Position numbers and translations under genes: made by a program. Positions 28,314 to 38,686 of a stretch of 64,000 nt of DNA are shown one piece after another (position 1 is the stretch's first letter; each line of letters starts with the position of its first letter). Origin of the DNA: Pedobacter sp. (lineage in GTDB: Bacteria > Bacteroidota > Bacteroidia > Sphingobacteriales > Sphingobacteriaceae); NCBI RefSeq assembly GCF_035317785.1, contig NZ_DATHGC010000382.1, forward strand, positions 33,098 through 97,097. Reading direction: 5' to 3'. The notes below the pieces were generated by a model. The model was not told where the DNA came from and did no database searches. It worked only from the letters and a program-made list of their open reading frames with translations.

Positions 28314-30650
28314 ATGCATTTAGGTAAAGATTTAAAAAAATCGATAAAAGCGCTAATTTCATCGACGGCAGCATCCAGAGAGTTATGCAAACCTGAGTTT
28401 TACAGAATAAAGAACGCAGTTGAAAGAGCAGCCCTGGCTGCCTTAATTGCAGAAAGACCGAATCTGCATGTCTTTGACACCATTCAAAATCAGCTTCAGG
28501 ATCTTATTAAAGGATTAAATCCGAAAATCATATTTAACGAATTTACAGTTGATGAGGCTATCACAAAACACCTTAACGGAACAGATCTTGGAGAATATGG
28601 GGTCTGGGTATACTATCCCTGGGCAGAGAAATTGGTACATATGCTTGATGAACAAGAATTTATCCGGGTTCGTACCGGCAGGAACAAGCACAAAATAACC
28701 CAGGAAGAACAAGATCAGCTCATTCAAAAAAAAATAGGTGTAATCGGGCTTTCTGTTGGTCAGTCTGTATCTTTAACCCTAGCAATAGAAAGGGGTTGCG
28801 GAGAACTAAGGATAGCAGATTTTGATTTACTTGACCTGACAAATTTAAACCGTATCCGTGCAGGCGTCTCTAACGTAGATTTAAAAAAGACAGTTATTGT
28901 AGCAAGGGAAATTGCAGAAATAGACCCTTTTTTGAAAGTAAGCTGTTTTCATGAAGGTATTACGGAGGAAAACATCGATGCTTTTATAACAGATAATGGC
29001 AAACTCGATCTTCTTATTGATGAATGCGATGGTATAGATATAAAAATTCTCTGTCGCCTCGAAGCAAGAAAATACCAAATACCCGTATTGATGGAAGCTA
29101 GCGACAGGGGGACTATAGACATTGAACGCTTTGATCTTGAGCCTGCGCGTCCGATACTTCATGGTTACATTGAACACCTGGATGTTTCCAAAGTTAAGTT
29201 TCTAAAAACAAATGAAGAAAAAGTGCCTTACATTTTACCAATTGCGGGCGTAGAAACATTATCAACCAGGATGAAGGCTTCTATGATGGAAATTGAACAA
29301 ACCATCACTTCCTGGCCACAACTGGCCAGTGCTGTTGCTTACGGAGGCGGCATTACAGCGGATCTGGCCAGAAGAATTTTGCTTAAGCAACTAAGTATAT
29401 CGGGAAGATTTTTTGTTGATATTGAGGAAATCATTTCAGATCCTAAAACGGAAGATAAGCAGCAAACCATATCATTCTCAGACGACAAAATAACCTTTGA
29501 GGACATTGAAGCATTAGCTAAGAAAATAAAAGTCAATTCAATACCAAATCGCATCTCACTTAAAAATGAGGAACTGGATGAGATTATGATCACTGCACAG
29601 AGGGCAGCTTCTGCAGGCAACAATCAACCTTGGAAATGGTATTATGAAAATGATTCACTTTACCTGTTTCATGATGCAGGACGTTCTTCCTCATTTGCGA
29701 ACCAAGACAACATTGTCGCTTACCTGGGATTTGGCGTTGCTCTTGAAAGTGTCAGATTAAAAGCCGAATCACTGGGATTAATTGCACATGAAATGACATT
29801 TCCTGACAAAACCATTTCCTCGCTTATCGCTGTTATCCAATTCTCAAAAGCCGATACCAATTTCAAAAAAGATCCTCTTGCTAATTTTACCGGAATCAGG
29901 CATACCAACAGAAATGTTCCCAAGATTAAAAAACCCATCGACAGTGATCAACTCCTGGAAATAAAGAAAGAAACCGAGTTAATCAAGGGCGCTAAATTTT
30001 ATTTTACGGAGGACGGGAATAGTATAAACACTATGGCTCAGGTAATGGGAGAAGCGGACAAACTACGCCTTTTTACTCCCACAGGTCACCATGAATTATT
30101 TAACATAGAGCTAAGGTGGACAAAAGAGCAAAGTAAAGAAAGTGGCGATGGGTTAGATCTAGCTTCTTTTGAACTGACCCCTCTGGAAGCAATAGGTATG
30201 AGGTTGGCGAAAGATCCGGAAGTGCTCAATTTACTTAAAAACTGGAAAATGGGCTCCGGATTGGAGCGGATGTCCAGAAAGGCGGGAAATGCTTCGTCGG
30301 CTCTCGGACTAATTACGATGTCTGAGTATGATGCCGCAAATTTTATTGATGGTGGAAAAGCGATTGAAAGGGCTTGGTTAACCGCAAATAAAAATAAGAT
30401 CTCCGTACACCCAATGACGGCAAGCATACTCCATTTTAATATTCTCAAATTTGGTAAAGCACTGGATAATGACGAATTTTTAAAAGAAAAATTTTCCCAT
30501 CTGAGCAGTTTGTTTTATAAATGCTTTCCTCAAACTGACAAAAAAGAAATACCCGTATTTCTCTTTAGATTATTTTATGCAGAAAATAGTGGTACACCAT
30601 CAGAACGCTTACCTATGAATCAAATATTTATGTCAAATTTAAATACTTAG
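28314..30650 (+). CDS. Rv1355c-family ThiF/E1-like adenylyltransferase fused to a nitroreductase-like domain (OxzB-like architecture)
   Basis: WVYYPW, R..RN..KI, IGVIGLSVG, ADFD.L.LTNLNR, DECD, ERFD and WPQL in the N-terminal half. AASAGNNQPW, RHTNR and G...ER.WL.A in the C-terminal half. Confidence 0.9.
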   Translation: MHLGKDLKKSIKALISSTAASRELCKPEFYRIKNAVERAALAALIAERPNLHVFDTIQNQLQDLIKGLNPKIIFNEFTVDEAITKHLNGTDLGEYGVWVYYPWAEKLVHMLDEQEFIRVRTGRNKHKITQEEQDQLIQKKIGVIGLSVGQSVSLTLAIERGCGELRIADFDLLDLTNLNRIRAGVSNVDLKKTVIVAREIAEIDPFLKVSCFHEGITEENIDAFITDNGKLDLLIDECDGIDIKILCRLEARKYQIPVLMEASDRGTIDIERFDLEPARPILHGYIEHLDVSKVKFLKTNEEKVPYILPIAGVETLSTRMKASMMEIEQTITSWPQLASAVAYGGGITADLARRILLKQLSISGRFFVDIEEIISDPKTEDKQQTISFSDDKITFEDIEALAKKIKVNSIPNRISLKNEELDEIMITAQRAASAGNNQPWKWYYENDSLYLFHDAGRSSSFANQDNIVAYLGFGVALESVRLKAESLGLIAHEMTFPDKTISSLIAVIQFSKADTNFKKDPLANFTGIRHTNRNVPKIKKPIDSDQLLEIKKETELIKGAKFYFTEDGNSINTMAQVMGEADKLRLFTPTGHHELFNIELRWTKEQSKESGDGLDLASFELTPLEAIGMRLAKDPEVLNLLKNWKMGSGLERMSRKAGNASSALGLITMSEYDAANFIDGGKAIERAWLTANKNKISVHPMTASILHFNILKFGKALDNDEFLKEKFSHLSSLFYKCFPQTDKKEIPVFLFRLFYAENSGTPSERLPMNQIFMSNLNT

Positions 30651-31337
30651 ATGATAAGATTCAAAGCGTTTAAAGCCACTGACGATGAAGCTGCGTGTCA
30701 CAAATTTATAGAGGGGCACAGAAAGGTTCTGGAAATATATGGAATAACAATGATCACCTCTGCAAAACATCAGTGGGTCCATCACGATAATACCTATGTT
30801 ATTATCGTAGAATCAATGGAAGACAAAAGGGCATTGGGCGGTGCCCGGATTCAAATCGCTGATGAAGTACTTGCCCTTCCGATACAGGAAGCTATCGGTA
30901 AGATTGACATGAATATATATAAGCAGATCGAGCAAAGAAAGCCGCTTAAAACAGGAGAGCTTTGCGGACTTTGGAATTCGAGAGAAATTGCAGGGTTTGG
31001 AGTGGGAAGTATTTTTTTAATAAGAGCCTCTGTCGCTCTGGCATATGCGTTAGGTTTGAATAGTCTTTTTGCCTTGTGTGCTCCGGCAACAGTTAAAGGC
31101 GTAAAGAAAACAGGCTTCGACGTTAACGTTGATTTAGGCAATAGTGGACAGTTTTATTATCCCAAATTAGATTTGATTGCAACGGCAGTGATTATCGGCA
31201 ATTTGAGGACACTTGAAAATGCAGAACCTGGAATAAGGGAACTGGTGTTCGACTTAATTGAGAATCCAGTTCAAATAAAGAAAGAAAGTGGACCTAGAGG
31301 AGATATCGAAGTAATGTATGATTTAAAAATAACTTAA
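30651..31337 (+). CDS. Putative GNAT-fold N-acyltransferase (N-acyl amino acid synthase/LuxI-like)
   Basis: LGGARIQ...LPIQE...GELCGLWNS...G.G.G..L pattern resembles FeeM/LuxI-type GNAT strands. Directly abuts the ThiF-nitroreductase gene. Confidence 0.6.
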   Translation: MIRFKAFKATDDEAACHKFIEGHRKVLEIYGITMITSAKHQWVHHDNTYVIIVESMEDKRALGGARIQIADEVLALPIQEAIGKIDMNIYKQIEQRKPLKTGELCGLWNSREIAGFGVGSIFLIRASVALAYALGLNSLFALCAPATVKGVKKTGFDVNVDLGNSGQFYYPKLDLIATAVIIGNLRTLENAEPGIRELVFDLIENPVQIKKESGPRGDIEVMYDLKIT

Positions 31338-31346
31338 TTTCTTATT

Positions 31347-33506
31347 GTGAATTTATTCAAAAAAAAGATTCTTTCCTTAGCATTTTTATTTGCATTTATT
31401 TTTTTTCAAAATGGTGCAATTGCTCAAATAATTCGCATTAACGAGGATATCTATAAACAACAAAACATCAGTAATAATATTTCCGTTTATGAAGATCTGT
31501 CTGGAAAACTCTCATTGGATCAAGTAATTGCAAAACAGGGATTCGAGCTTATTGCTGAAAAAATAGCAAACTTTGGACTCACTTCATCTACCATCTGGTT
31601 AAAGGTTCAAATTGTTAATCCACAAAAGTACAAGGATATTTTTCTTGAAATCAAAAATCCGACTTTTGACAGGGTAGAACTTTTTATGCCTGAGCAAAAT
31701 GGTCAGTTCAACAGCCATATATCCGGTATGGTCGTCGACGTTAAAAAACGCGAGGTACATCATCAAAATCCAATATTCAGACTCTCTCCAACATCAAAAG
31801 ATACTACAACATACTTCCTGAGTGTAAAATCTTCCAATCCTTTAACTCTGCCCGTATACCTGGGTAGTTTCAAATCTACTTTGAGTTCCATAACATTAGG
31901 AGACAGTATATTTAGCTTGTACATCGGACTGATTATAACGATGTTCTTGTACAACATTTTTATATATTTTACGGTAAGGGACAAAAGCTATCTGTTTTAT
32001 GTAATCTATATCTTAAGTGTAGGCTTTACGCAAATGTCCTTGCTGGGATATTCCCAGATATTTTTATGGGGTGATAACCTTTCACTAAATATACAAGGCA
32101 TCGTTCTGTCTATTGTTCTGGTTGGAATAACATCCGTGCTTTTCGCTGCGGAGTTTCTTCATGTCAGGCAGTACTCAAAACGGGTAAATTACTATTTGAA
32201 TATACTCATATTGTTATATAGTGTCGGACTGCTGATCAGTTTGCTCGGGTATCCACTCCAGGCTCAGATGATGCTGCAAATTTTAACAATAATCGTTTCT
32301 ATTTCTCTCATTACGACTGGTATAGTAGTTTACCGCAGAAATTACCGGCCGGCGTTATATTTTGTGATTTCATGGTCCTGTTTTCTGCTTGGAGTCATTA
32401 TATTTATTTTAAAGGATATCGGTGTACTCGTTTCGTCGTTCTTTACTAATAATTCCATTCTTATCGGTTCCGGGCTTGAAGCAGTATTACTTTCATTTGC
32501 ACTGGCCGACAAAATAAATATCTTCAAAAAAGAAAAAGAAGAATCGCAGGCAGAGGCACTGAGGGTGTTAACCGAGAATGAAAAATTGGTACGGGAACAA
32601 AACATATTATTGGAAATAAAGGTAAAAGAACGAACAGAAGCCTTGGAAAACACCAACCAATCACTAAATGTGGCTTTAATTAATTTAAAAGAAGCCCAAT
32701 CACAATTGGTCGATGCAGAAAAAATGGCTGGTTTGGGTCAACTGACAGCAGGTATCGCTCATGAAATCAATAATCCAATTAATTTCGTCACCTCTAACAT
32801 TAAACCACTGGAACTTGATATTATTGATCTGGCCAATGTAATTACGATGTATGAAAAACTCGATTTTAGTGCGGAACTGCCCCCTCAAATTTCTAAAATC
32901 GAATCATTTAAAAAACAAATAGACATCGCATTCGTAAGGGAAGAGATCAAATCTCTGCTATCAGGAATTTCTGAGGGTGCGAAACGAACTGCTGAGATTA
33001 TCAGGAGTCTTAAGAATTTTAGCCGGCTGGATGAGAATGACACCAAACCTGCAGATATGGCTGAAGGACTGGACAGTACACTTATCCTGATCAAGAGTAC
33101 ATTCCCTGCTAATCTGAAGATCATCAAAGACTATCAGCCTATCCCGGAAGTGGAGTGTATGCCCGGTAAAATAAACCAGGTTTTTATGAACCTCATCACA
33201 AACGCAATATATGCGATCAAATCTAAGGAAATTCAAAATGAGCACGAGTATATCACACTCAAAATCTGGCGTGAGGGCAATTTTGCCAAAATAAGCCTAA
33301 AAGATTCGGGGACCGGAATGTCTGAAGTGGTAAAGCAAAAGATCTTCGAACCGTTTTTTACGACAAAGGATGTAGGAGAAGGAACTGGCCTTGGCCTATC
33401 AATTGCGTTTAGGATTATAGAAAATCATCATGGCAATATAGATGTTATCACAAATTTGGGTGAAGGAACAGAATTTATTATTAACTTGCCTTTAAACACT
33501 AAATAG
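31347..33506 (+). CDS. 7TM-DISM sensor histidine kinase
   Basis: Periplasmic DISMED2-like region (NFGL...WLK), about 7 TM helices (YN.FIY...D..YL.Y; [10 protein letters not shown]), H-box [24 protein letters not shown] and GTGLGL. Confidence 0.93.
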   Translation: MNLFKKKILSLAFLFAFIFFQNGAIAQIIRINEDIYKQQNISNNISVYEDLSGKLSLDQVIAKQGFELIAEKIANFGLTSSTIWLKVQIVNPQKYKDIFLEIKNPTFDRVELFMPEQNGQFNSHISGMVVDVKKREVHHQNPIFRLSPTSKDTTTYFLSVKSSNPLTLPVYLGSFKSTLSSITLGDSIFSLYIGLIITMFLYNIFIYFTVRDKSYLFYVIYILSVGFTQMSLLGYSQIFLWGDNLSLNIQGIVLSIVLVGITSVLFAAEFLHVRQYSKRVNYYLNILILLYSVGLLISLLGYPLQAQMMLQILTIIVSISLITTGIVVYRRNYRPALYFVISWSCFLLGVIIFILKDIGVLVSSFFTNNSILIGSGLEAVLLSFALADKINIFKKEKEESQAEALRVLTENEKLVREQNILLEIKVKERTEALENTNQSLNVALINLKEAQSQLVDAEKMAGLGQLTAGIAHEINNPINFVTSNIKPLELDIIDLANVITMYEKLDFSAELPPQISKIESFKKQIDIAFVREEIKSLLSGISEGAKRTAEIIRSLKNFSRLDENDTKPADMAEGLDSTLILIKSTFPANLKIIKDYQPIPEVECMPGKINQVFMNLITNAIYAIKSKEIQNEHEYITLKIWREGNFAKISLKDSGTGMSEVVKQKIFEPFFTTKDVGEGTGLGLSIAFRIIENHHGNIDVITNLGEGTEFIINLPLNTK

Positions 33507-33515
33507 CAGGTCTAT

Positions 33516-34589
33516 ATGCCAACAATCCGGGTTCTGTATATTGATGACGAGGAAAACAATTTAAACGCATTTAAGGCTGGTTTCAGAAGACAATATGAAA
33601 TTTACACAGCTATTTCTGCTGCTGAAGGGTTAAAAATTTTAGAAAACGTTGTGCTGCATGTGATCATTGCTGATCAAAAAATGCCCCAGACCACGGGTGT
33701 AGAATTTTTTAAAAGCATTGCCAAAACCCATCCCGATCCGGTTAGAATTCTGCTTACCGGATATACAGATATTGAAGCGCTTGCGGATGCGATCAACCAC
33801 GGTGATATCTACAGGTACATTACCAAACCCTGGAATGATCTTGAACTGCACAATTCCATAAAAAACGCGTATGATGCGTATAAGGCAAAAATCGACCTGC
33901 GCGAAAAAGTCTCAGAACTCGAAAAGACCAATGACGAACTGAACAGATTCATTTACAGCATTTCACATGAATTAAGAGCTCCTCTTGTTTCTGCAATGGG
34001 TGTGATAAATGTCGTAAAGATGGAAGGCTTATATGATTCTTGCGGCGAATACTGGAGCCTCATAGAAACCTGTTCAAACAAATTGGATTACTACATACAG
34101 AAAACACTTCAGTATTATAAAAACAATAAGATTGCTTCAGAAAATACTCTTGTTAATTTTGAAAAACTGATTCCCGAACTGATCAATCTCTATTCCTATA
34201 CTGATAAGGACACTCATTTTCATGTAGACATCAAACAGGACAGTGATTTCTATGGTGATGCATTTAGAATTGAAGTGATATTGGGTAACCTGATATCAAA
34301 CGCGATAAAATATCAGAAGGAAGGCGAAGGAGATAAAAAGGTTAATATTATTATTGAGGTTAAAAATAATGCTGCAGAGATCGTAATCAGTGATAATGGA
34401 ATGGGTATTTTAAATGAACACCTTGAAAAGATCTTTACGCAGTTCTTTAAGATTAAAACAAATCATGGAACCGGTCTCGGGTTGTTCATTGTTAAAGAGG
34501 CGCTAAATAAAATTAATGGTAAGATAACCGTAAGCTCTGATCTTTCTGAGGGGACCGCCTTTAAAATTACAATTCCAAATGGAAAATAA
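33516..34589 (+). CDS. Hybrid REC-histidine kinase (cytoplasmic)
   Basis: N-terminal REC (YIDDE, ADQKMP, KPW), H-box SHELRAPL, NLISNAIKY, DNGMG and GTGLGL. Confidence 0.94.
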   Translation: MPTIRVLYIDDEENNLNAFKAGFRRQYEIYTAISAAEGLKILENVVLHVIIADQKMPQTTGVEFFKSIAKTHPDPVRILLTGYTDIEALADAINHGDIYRYITKPWNDLELHNSIKNAYDAYKAKIDLREKVSELEKTNDELNRFIYSISHELRAPLVSAMGVINVVKMEGLYDSCGEYWSLIETCSNKLDYYIQKTLQYYKNNKIASENTLVNFEKLIPELINLYSYTDKDTHFHVDIKQDSDFYGDAFRIEVILGNLISNAIKYQKEGEGDKKVNIIIEVKNNAAEIVISDNGMGILNEHLEKIFTQFFKIKTNHGTGLGLFIVKEALNKINGKITVSSDLSEGTAFKITIPNGK

Positions 34590-34989
34590 ATACAGAAAAG
34601 TAATGCTGATAGACGACAATGAAGTGGACCTGAAGATCAACTCAAAAATCATCAACCTATCAAAGCTATTTGATGAGATCATCACCTGCCTGTCTGGTGA
34701 TGAAGCACTGGCCTATTTAAACAAACATGCTGATGATGAGCAAAGCCTGCCTGATTTTATCTTGCTGGATATACAAATGCCGGAAATGGATGGTTTTGAT
34801 TTTATGGAGATCTTTAAAAAGTTTCCCGAAAAACTTAAAAACAAGTGTTTGATCGCCATGCTTTCTTCTACCCTTGATTTTGGTGACATCAAAAAAGCAG
34901 AAGCAAATCCCTACGTTATAAAACTGTTGAAGAAACCCTTGTTTCCAAAAGAACTGGAAGACGTTCTGAACAAATACCTTGAAGCTTAG
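34579..34989 (+). CDS. Single-domain response regulator
   Basis: LIDD, LLDIQMP..DGF.F, LSS and KPL motifs. Confidence 0.94.
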   Translation: MENKYRKVMLIDDNEVDLKINSKIINLSKLFDEIITCLSGDEALAYLNKHADDEQSLPDFILLDIQMPEMDGFDFMEIFKKFPEKLKNKCLIAMLSSTLDFGDIKKAEANPYVIKLLKKPLFPKELEDVLNKYLEA

Positions 34990-35014
34990 TCACAAAAAGC
35001 CTCCCGGTTCTTCT

Positions 35015-37543
35015 TTAGTTATTTTGTATTTTTACGGCTCTTCCTGCCTTTCCTTCCGCATTAAATGCCTTTAGTTGAATTGTTCCTTTTGAATTTAAAG
35101 GTGAAGCATATACGGCACTATTTGCAGTCGGTTCGGTTCCGTCTGTCGTGTACCTGATTACAAAACCCGGGAACTGGACATTTGCAATAACCCGTCCGTT
35201 CTCTATAACGACACCAGGGGTCGGAATTCTGTAGTTGTAACCACCGGCATAGTGGTCTAATCTTGGCAATTCCCTTTTACCAACAATATTCAAAAACTCA
35301 GACCACACCTGATTGTACGCGATGCTACTTTTGGCGGTATCTGTTTCTGTAGCCCATTCCGGGTCCTTTGCCCATGCCCGCTCGGCTGCGCCGAATAGTT
35401 TTGGTAAAAGCATATATTCAAATCTTTCGGGAGTTTTGATGATCTCGCTCCACAGGGGTGACTGGATTCCTACGATATTAGATTTTCCAAATTCAGTGAG
35501 GGAGGTTTTACCTTCAAGTGTTTTTTTATCAATCGGATTGCCACTTTCATCTTCCTTTAAATTTTTAAATAAATCATAGGGAACAAAGTAATAAGGCTTA
35601 TCTATTCCAACATAACCACCCCAATACTGGCCGGTTTCGTTAAAGCTTTTATTGGCAGCCAGGTCAAGATAAAGATTGGTGACACAGGTAAGGACCACTT
35701 TATAACCAGCATTTGCCAATTTATACGCCAGATCTTCATTTCCCTTTAAGTTGTTCCAAACATCTGCATGGAAGTTCTCTTTAGAAAAACGATCGTCCAG
35801 CACCATTTTTTTCTCTCCATTTACCAGTGCTTTACGCAAACCAATTTCTTCCCATCCTGATAAATAGAGTTTTTTTGCTTTTAACATAGCATTCACTTTA
35901 TTGAAATAGTAGTACCACATTTCGTCGACTCCCCGGATTGAAGTATCTTTTTTCAGCAGATTGGTTACTGCAGGGGATTTTTCCCACACTCCGGCAGGTA
36001 CTTCATCACCGCCAAAGTGAATGGTAGCTAAGGGTGCGTTTGCGGCTACATACATGGAGCGCATTTCATCTACAACTTTCTCCAGAAAAGTATATACCGA
36101 TGGCAAAGCCACATTAATAACGTTGTCTTTAAATCCCTGAACAGATTCGTATTCAGATTTGTCATCCAGATCACGCAGCAAATACTGTGTGGCCTCTTGC
36201 TTTTTCCCTAATTTGATGAGCCGGTGATACCGCGCATCCATAGACTTGATTGCAGCCCTGGCATGTCCGGGTGTTTCGATTTCGGGGATCACGCGGATGT
36301 GTCTTGCTGTCGCATATTTTAGAATTTCAATAAAATCTGAGCGGGTATAAAATCCGCTTCCGGAGTTCACACCTGTATCTGCACCGGATCCGTAAGATGG
36401 CAGGATGTTATTTTCGTCGCCCATGGTATGACTGCGTTGAGAACCGACACTGGTCAGTTCAGGAAGGCCGGGAATTTCCAGCCGCCAGCCTTCGTCTTCA
36501 GTTAGATGAAAGTGCAGCACATTCATCTTGTAAAGGGCCATGACATCCAGGGTCTTCAATACTTGTTTTTTAGACTGGAAGTTTCTACCTACATCCATCA
36601 TAAAACCACGGAATCCAAATCTGGGAGCATCCTCGATTTCTACCGCTGGTACTGCGATTTCTTTTTGGACAGCTCCCCACGAAGTGGAAGGGAACAATGT
36701 TTTTAACGATTGAATGCCATAGAACGCACCTGCAGGATCGTCTGCCGTAATCAATATTCTTTCTGGTGTGATACTTAATTTATAAGATTCAAGGCCCCTG
36801 ACTTTACCTTTTATCAGTACAATAGAATTTTTTGCACTGACTTTCGCAAGTGTAGGTTTTTTGCCCAAAATGGCCAGTAATTCACCGGCAAAAAATGCCG
36901 CTTCTTTTGCAAACTCATCATCGGCAACGATAGAAACTTCAGGTACCAGGTTGAAAATGCCCGCACCTTCTTTATAAGAAACCGGTGTAGGAAAAACTTT
37001 TGGCAATTGATCTGAAGGAATGTCCTTTACCGCTTTATTTTGGCCAAATGCATACGCGGCAACCACAATTTCAGTTTTTTCTACCTGCTCAACCGGATTG
37101 ATATTGGTATTACTGATGTTATATCCCTTTGATGGAGCCTTGTCCCAAACGAGGTAAAAGCCAGATGAAAGGTCAGTAATATTTTTAACCTCTGTCGAAA
37201 GCACATTTATCTTAACCGATGATCCTGTCTTTAACTCATTAAAACTCTTTAAAGGGGCCAGACGAAAGAGATCACCGTTTACGTGGCTTATCTTCGCATT
37301 GAGTGTGTCGGGACCGGCAACATTCATCGGTCTGGAATTGAAAAAGATGCTCCAGCCTGTTGCAGGTAATGCTTGTTTTCCATTATTGGTTATGGTCAAT
37401 ACGGAGTGTGTACCGCCATCAATATTATTCACTACTTCGCGTGTAATGTGCAGATCGCTTACTTTAAATGGCGACGCAGATTGCGCATAGGCGTTCAGGA
37501 GACTGTTAAACAGCAGCGTGATCAGAATACAGAATTTCTTCAT
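35015..37543 (-). CDS. GH20 beta-N-acetylhexosaminidase (chitobiase type)
   Basis: Signal peptide, DAPRF..RG.M.DVGRNF, HLTEDEGWR, PEIETPGH and catalytic HFGGDE. Confidence 0.95.
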   Translation of the reverse strand: MKKFCILITLLFNSLLNAYAQSASPFKVSDLHITREVVNNIDGGTHSVLTITNNGKQALPATGWSIFFNSRPMNVAGPDTLNAKISHVNGDLFRLAPLKSFNELKTGSSVKINVLSTEVKNITDLSSGFYLVWDKAPSKGYNISNTNINPVEQVEKTEIVVAAYAFGQNKAVKDIPSDQLPKVFPTPVSYKEGAGIFNLVPEVSIVADDEFAKEAAFFAGELLAILGKKPTLAKVSAKNSIVLIKGKVRGLESYKLSITPERILITADDPAGAFYGIQSLKTLFPSTSWGAVQKEIAVPAVEIEDAPRFGFRGFMMDVGRNFQSKKQVLKTLDVMALYKMNVLHFHLTEDEGWRLEIPGLPELTSVGSQRSHTMGDENNILPSYGSGADTGVNSGSGFYTRSDFIEILKYATARHIRVIPEIETPGHARAAIKSMDARYHRLIKLGKKQEATQYLLRDLDDKSEYESVQGFKDNVINVALPSVYTFLEKVVDEMRSMYVAANAPLATIHFGGDEVPAGVWEKSPAVTNLLKKDTSIRGVDEMWYYYFNKVNAMLKAKKLYLSGWEEIGLRKALVNGEKKMVLDDRFSKENFHADVWNNLKGNEDLAYKLANAGYKVVLTCVTNLYLDLAANKSFNETGQYWGGYVGIDKPYYFVPYDLFKNLKEDESGNPIDKKTLEGKTSLTEFGKSNIVGIQSPLWSEIIKTPERFEYMLLPKLFGAAERAWAKDPEWATETDTAKSSIAYNQVWSEFLNIVGKRELPRLDHYAGGYNYRIPTPGVVIENGRVIANVQFPGFVIRYTTDGTEPTANSAVYASPLNSKGTIQLKAFNAEGKAGRAVKIQNN

Positions 37544-37556
37544 TTTTTATTTACAG

Positions 37557-38678
37557 CTAAACGCGTATGTATATTTTTCTTTTATCAAGTATATAGCCAA
37601 CCAACCAGCAGGTCAGCATAAAGGAAATTGCAAAGAGCAATGACCCAACCGGGCCGGGAGCAATGACCTGGAAGAACCGGGTGCTGATCCATTGGTTGAA
37701 ATTCAGGCCGGGAACGATTAGCCCAATAATTGTCAGCAGCACTTCTGAGACGAGATAGATAAACAGCGGATTTTTTCCAAAAACGGTAAAAAAGGAAGTC
37801 CATTTTACCGAAGCTTTTACCTCAATGATATAGATCAATGCGCCAATGATGACCAGATCCAAGCCGCAGGTAACCAGGACAAAGGAGCTCGTCCAAAGTT
37901 TTTTATTAATTGGAAATACGGAATTAAGGCATATTGCGAGCAATATCAGCAGGCCACCCGTAAGGAGTAATTTGGAGATCGTTTCAAATCCTTTTCCTTT
38001 TTCCTGTATGAACTTACCGGCCAGATACCCGATGATCACGTTTACACAGGAGGGTATGGTACTCAGTATCCCTTCGGGATCAAAGGCAATACCTTCGCCA
38101 TGGTACATGTGCTTTTCGCCCAAGACCCTTAGATCAAGGTATTGTCCCGCATTACCGGCCATACTGAAAGGATCTGCCGTATCGCCAAACAGCAGCAAAG
38201 CTACCCAGTAACCGATTAAGAACAAAATACCTGTGATTATCACACCTCTTGTACTCAGGTAATGAATGAGCAGGGATACTATGCCATAGCAAAGTGCGAT
38301 ACGCTGCAATACGCCCAATATCCTGGTATTAGCTATTGGAGAAAGGCTAATGCCTCCTCCTTCGTTATAATAGAAGAAAGGAAACCAATACATGAGGTAT
38401 CCAAGAAGAAATATGAGCAGGGTACGCTTAAGTATTTTTGCCAGCACTGCAGCATTTTCCATCCCGGCAAATTTTTTCGTTGAAAAACTCATGGCATTTC
38501 CGACAGCAAATAAGAAAGATGGAAATACCAGATCTGTTGGCGTAAAACCATGCCATGCTGCGTGGTTCAGCATGGCAAAAGGTTCTGCACCACTACCAGG
38601 TGTGTTCACGATGATCATGAAACATACGGTCATACCCCGAAATACATCGAGCGATAAAAAACGTTGTGGTTGGTTCAT
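37557..38678 (-). CDS. HGSNAT/NagX-like membrane acyltransferase
   Basis: RFLSLDVFRG, H..WHG.TPTDLVFP.FLF.VG, GVLQRI, DPEG and PINKKLWT motifs. Confidence 0.9.
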   Translation of the reverse strand: MNQPQRFLSLDVFRGMTVCFMIIVNTPGSGAEPFAMLNHAAWHGFTPTDLVFPSFLFAVGNAMSFSTKKFAGMENAAVLAKILKRTLLIFLLGYLMYWFPFFYYNEGGGISLSPIANTRILGVLQRIALCYGIVSLLIHYLSTRGVIITGILFLIGYWVALLLFGDTADPFSMAGNAGQYLDLRVLGEKHMYHGEGIAFDPEGILSTIPSCVNVIIGYLAGKFIQEKGKGFETISKLLLTGGLLILLAICLNSVFPINKKLWTSSFVLVTCGLDLVIIGALIYIIEVKASVKWTSFFTVFGKNPLFIYLVSEVLLTIIGLIVPGLNFNQWISTRFFQVIAPGPVGSLLFAISFMLTCWLVGYILDKRKIYIRV

Positions 38679-38686
38679 TGTCTAGA

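Noticed and set aside
28314-30650. ThiF protein as MoeB/ThiF cofactor biosynthesis, a RiPP maturase or an E1-type antiphage enzyme
   Set aside because: No adjacent ubiquitin-like sulfur carrier, precursor peptide, YcaO, E2, JAB or cyclase gene was seen, and no CxxC zinc pairs. The nitroreductase fusion and acyltransferase-like neighbour fit the Rv1355c/OxzB type better.
21553-34989. rpoN as the output of the neighbouring phosphorelay
   Set aside because: The locus has no AAA+ enhancer-binding protein and no -24/-12 promoter was recognised, so proximity alone is not evidence.
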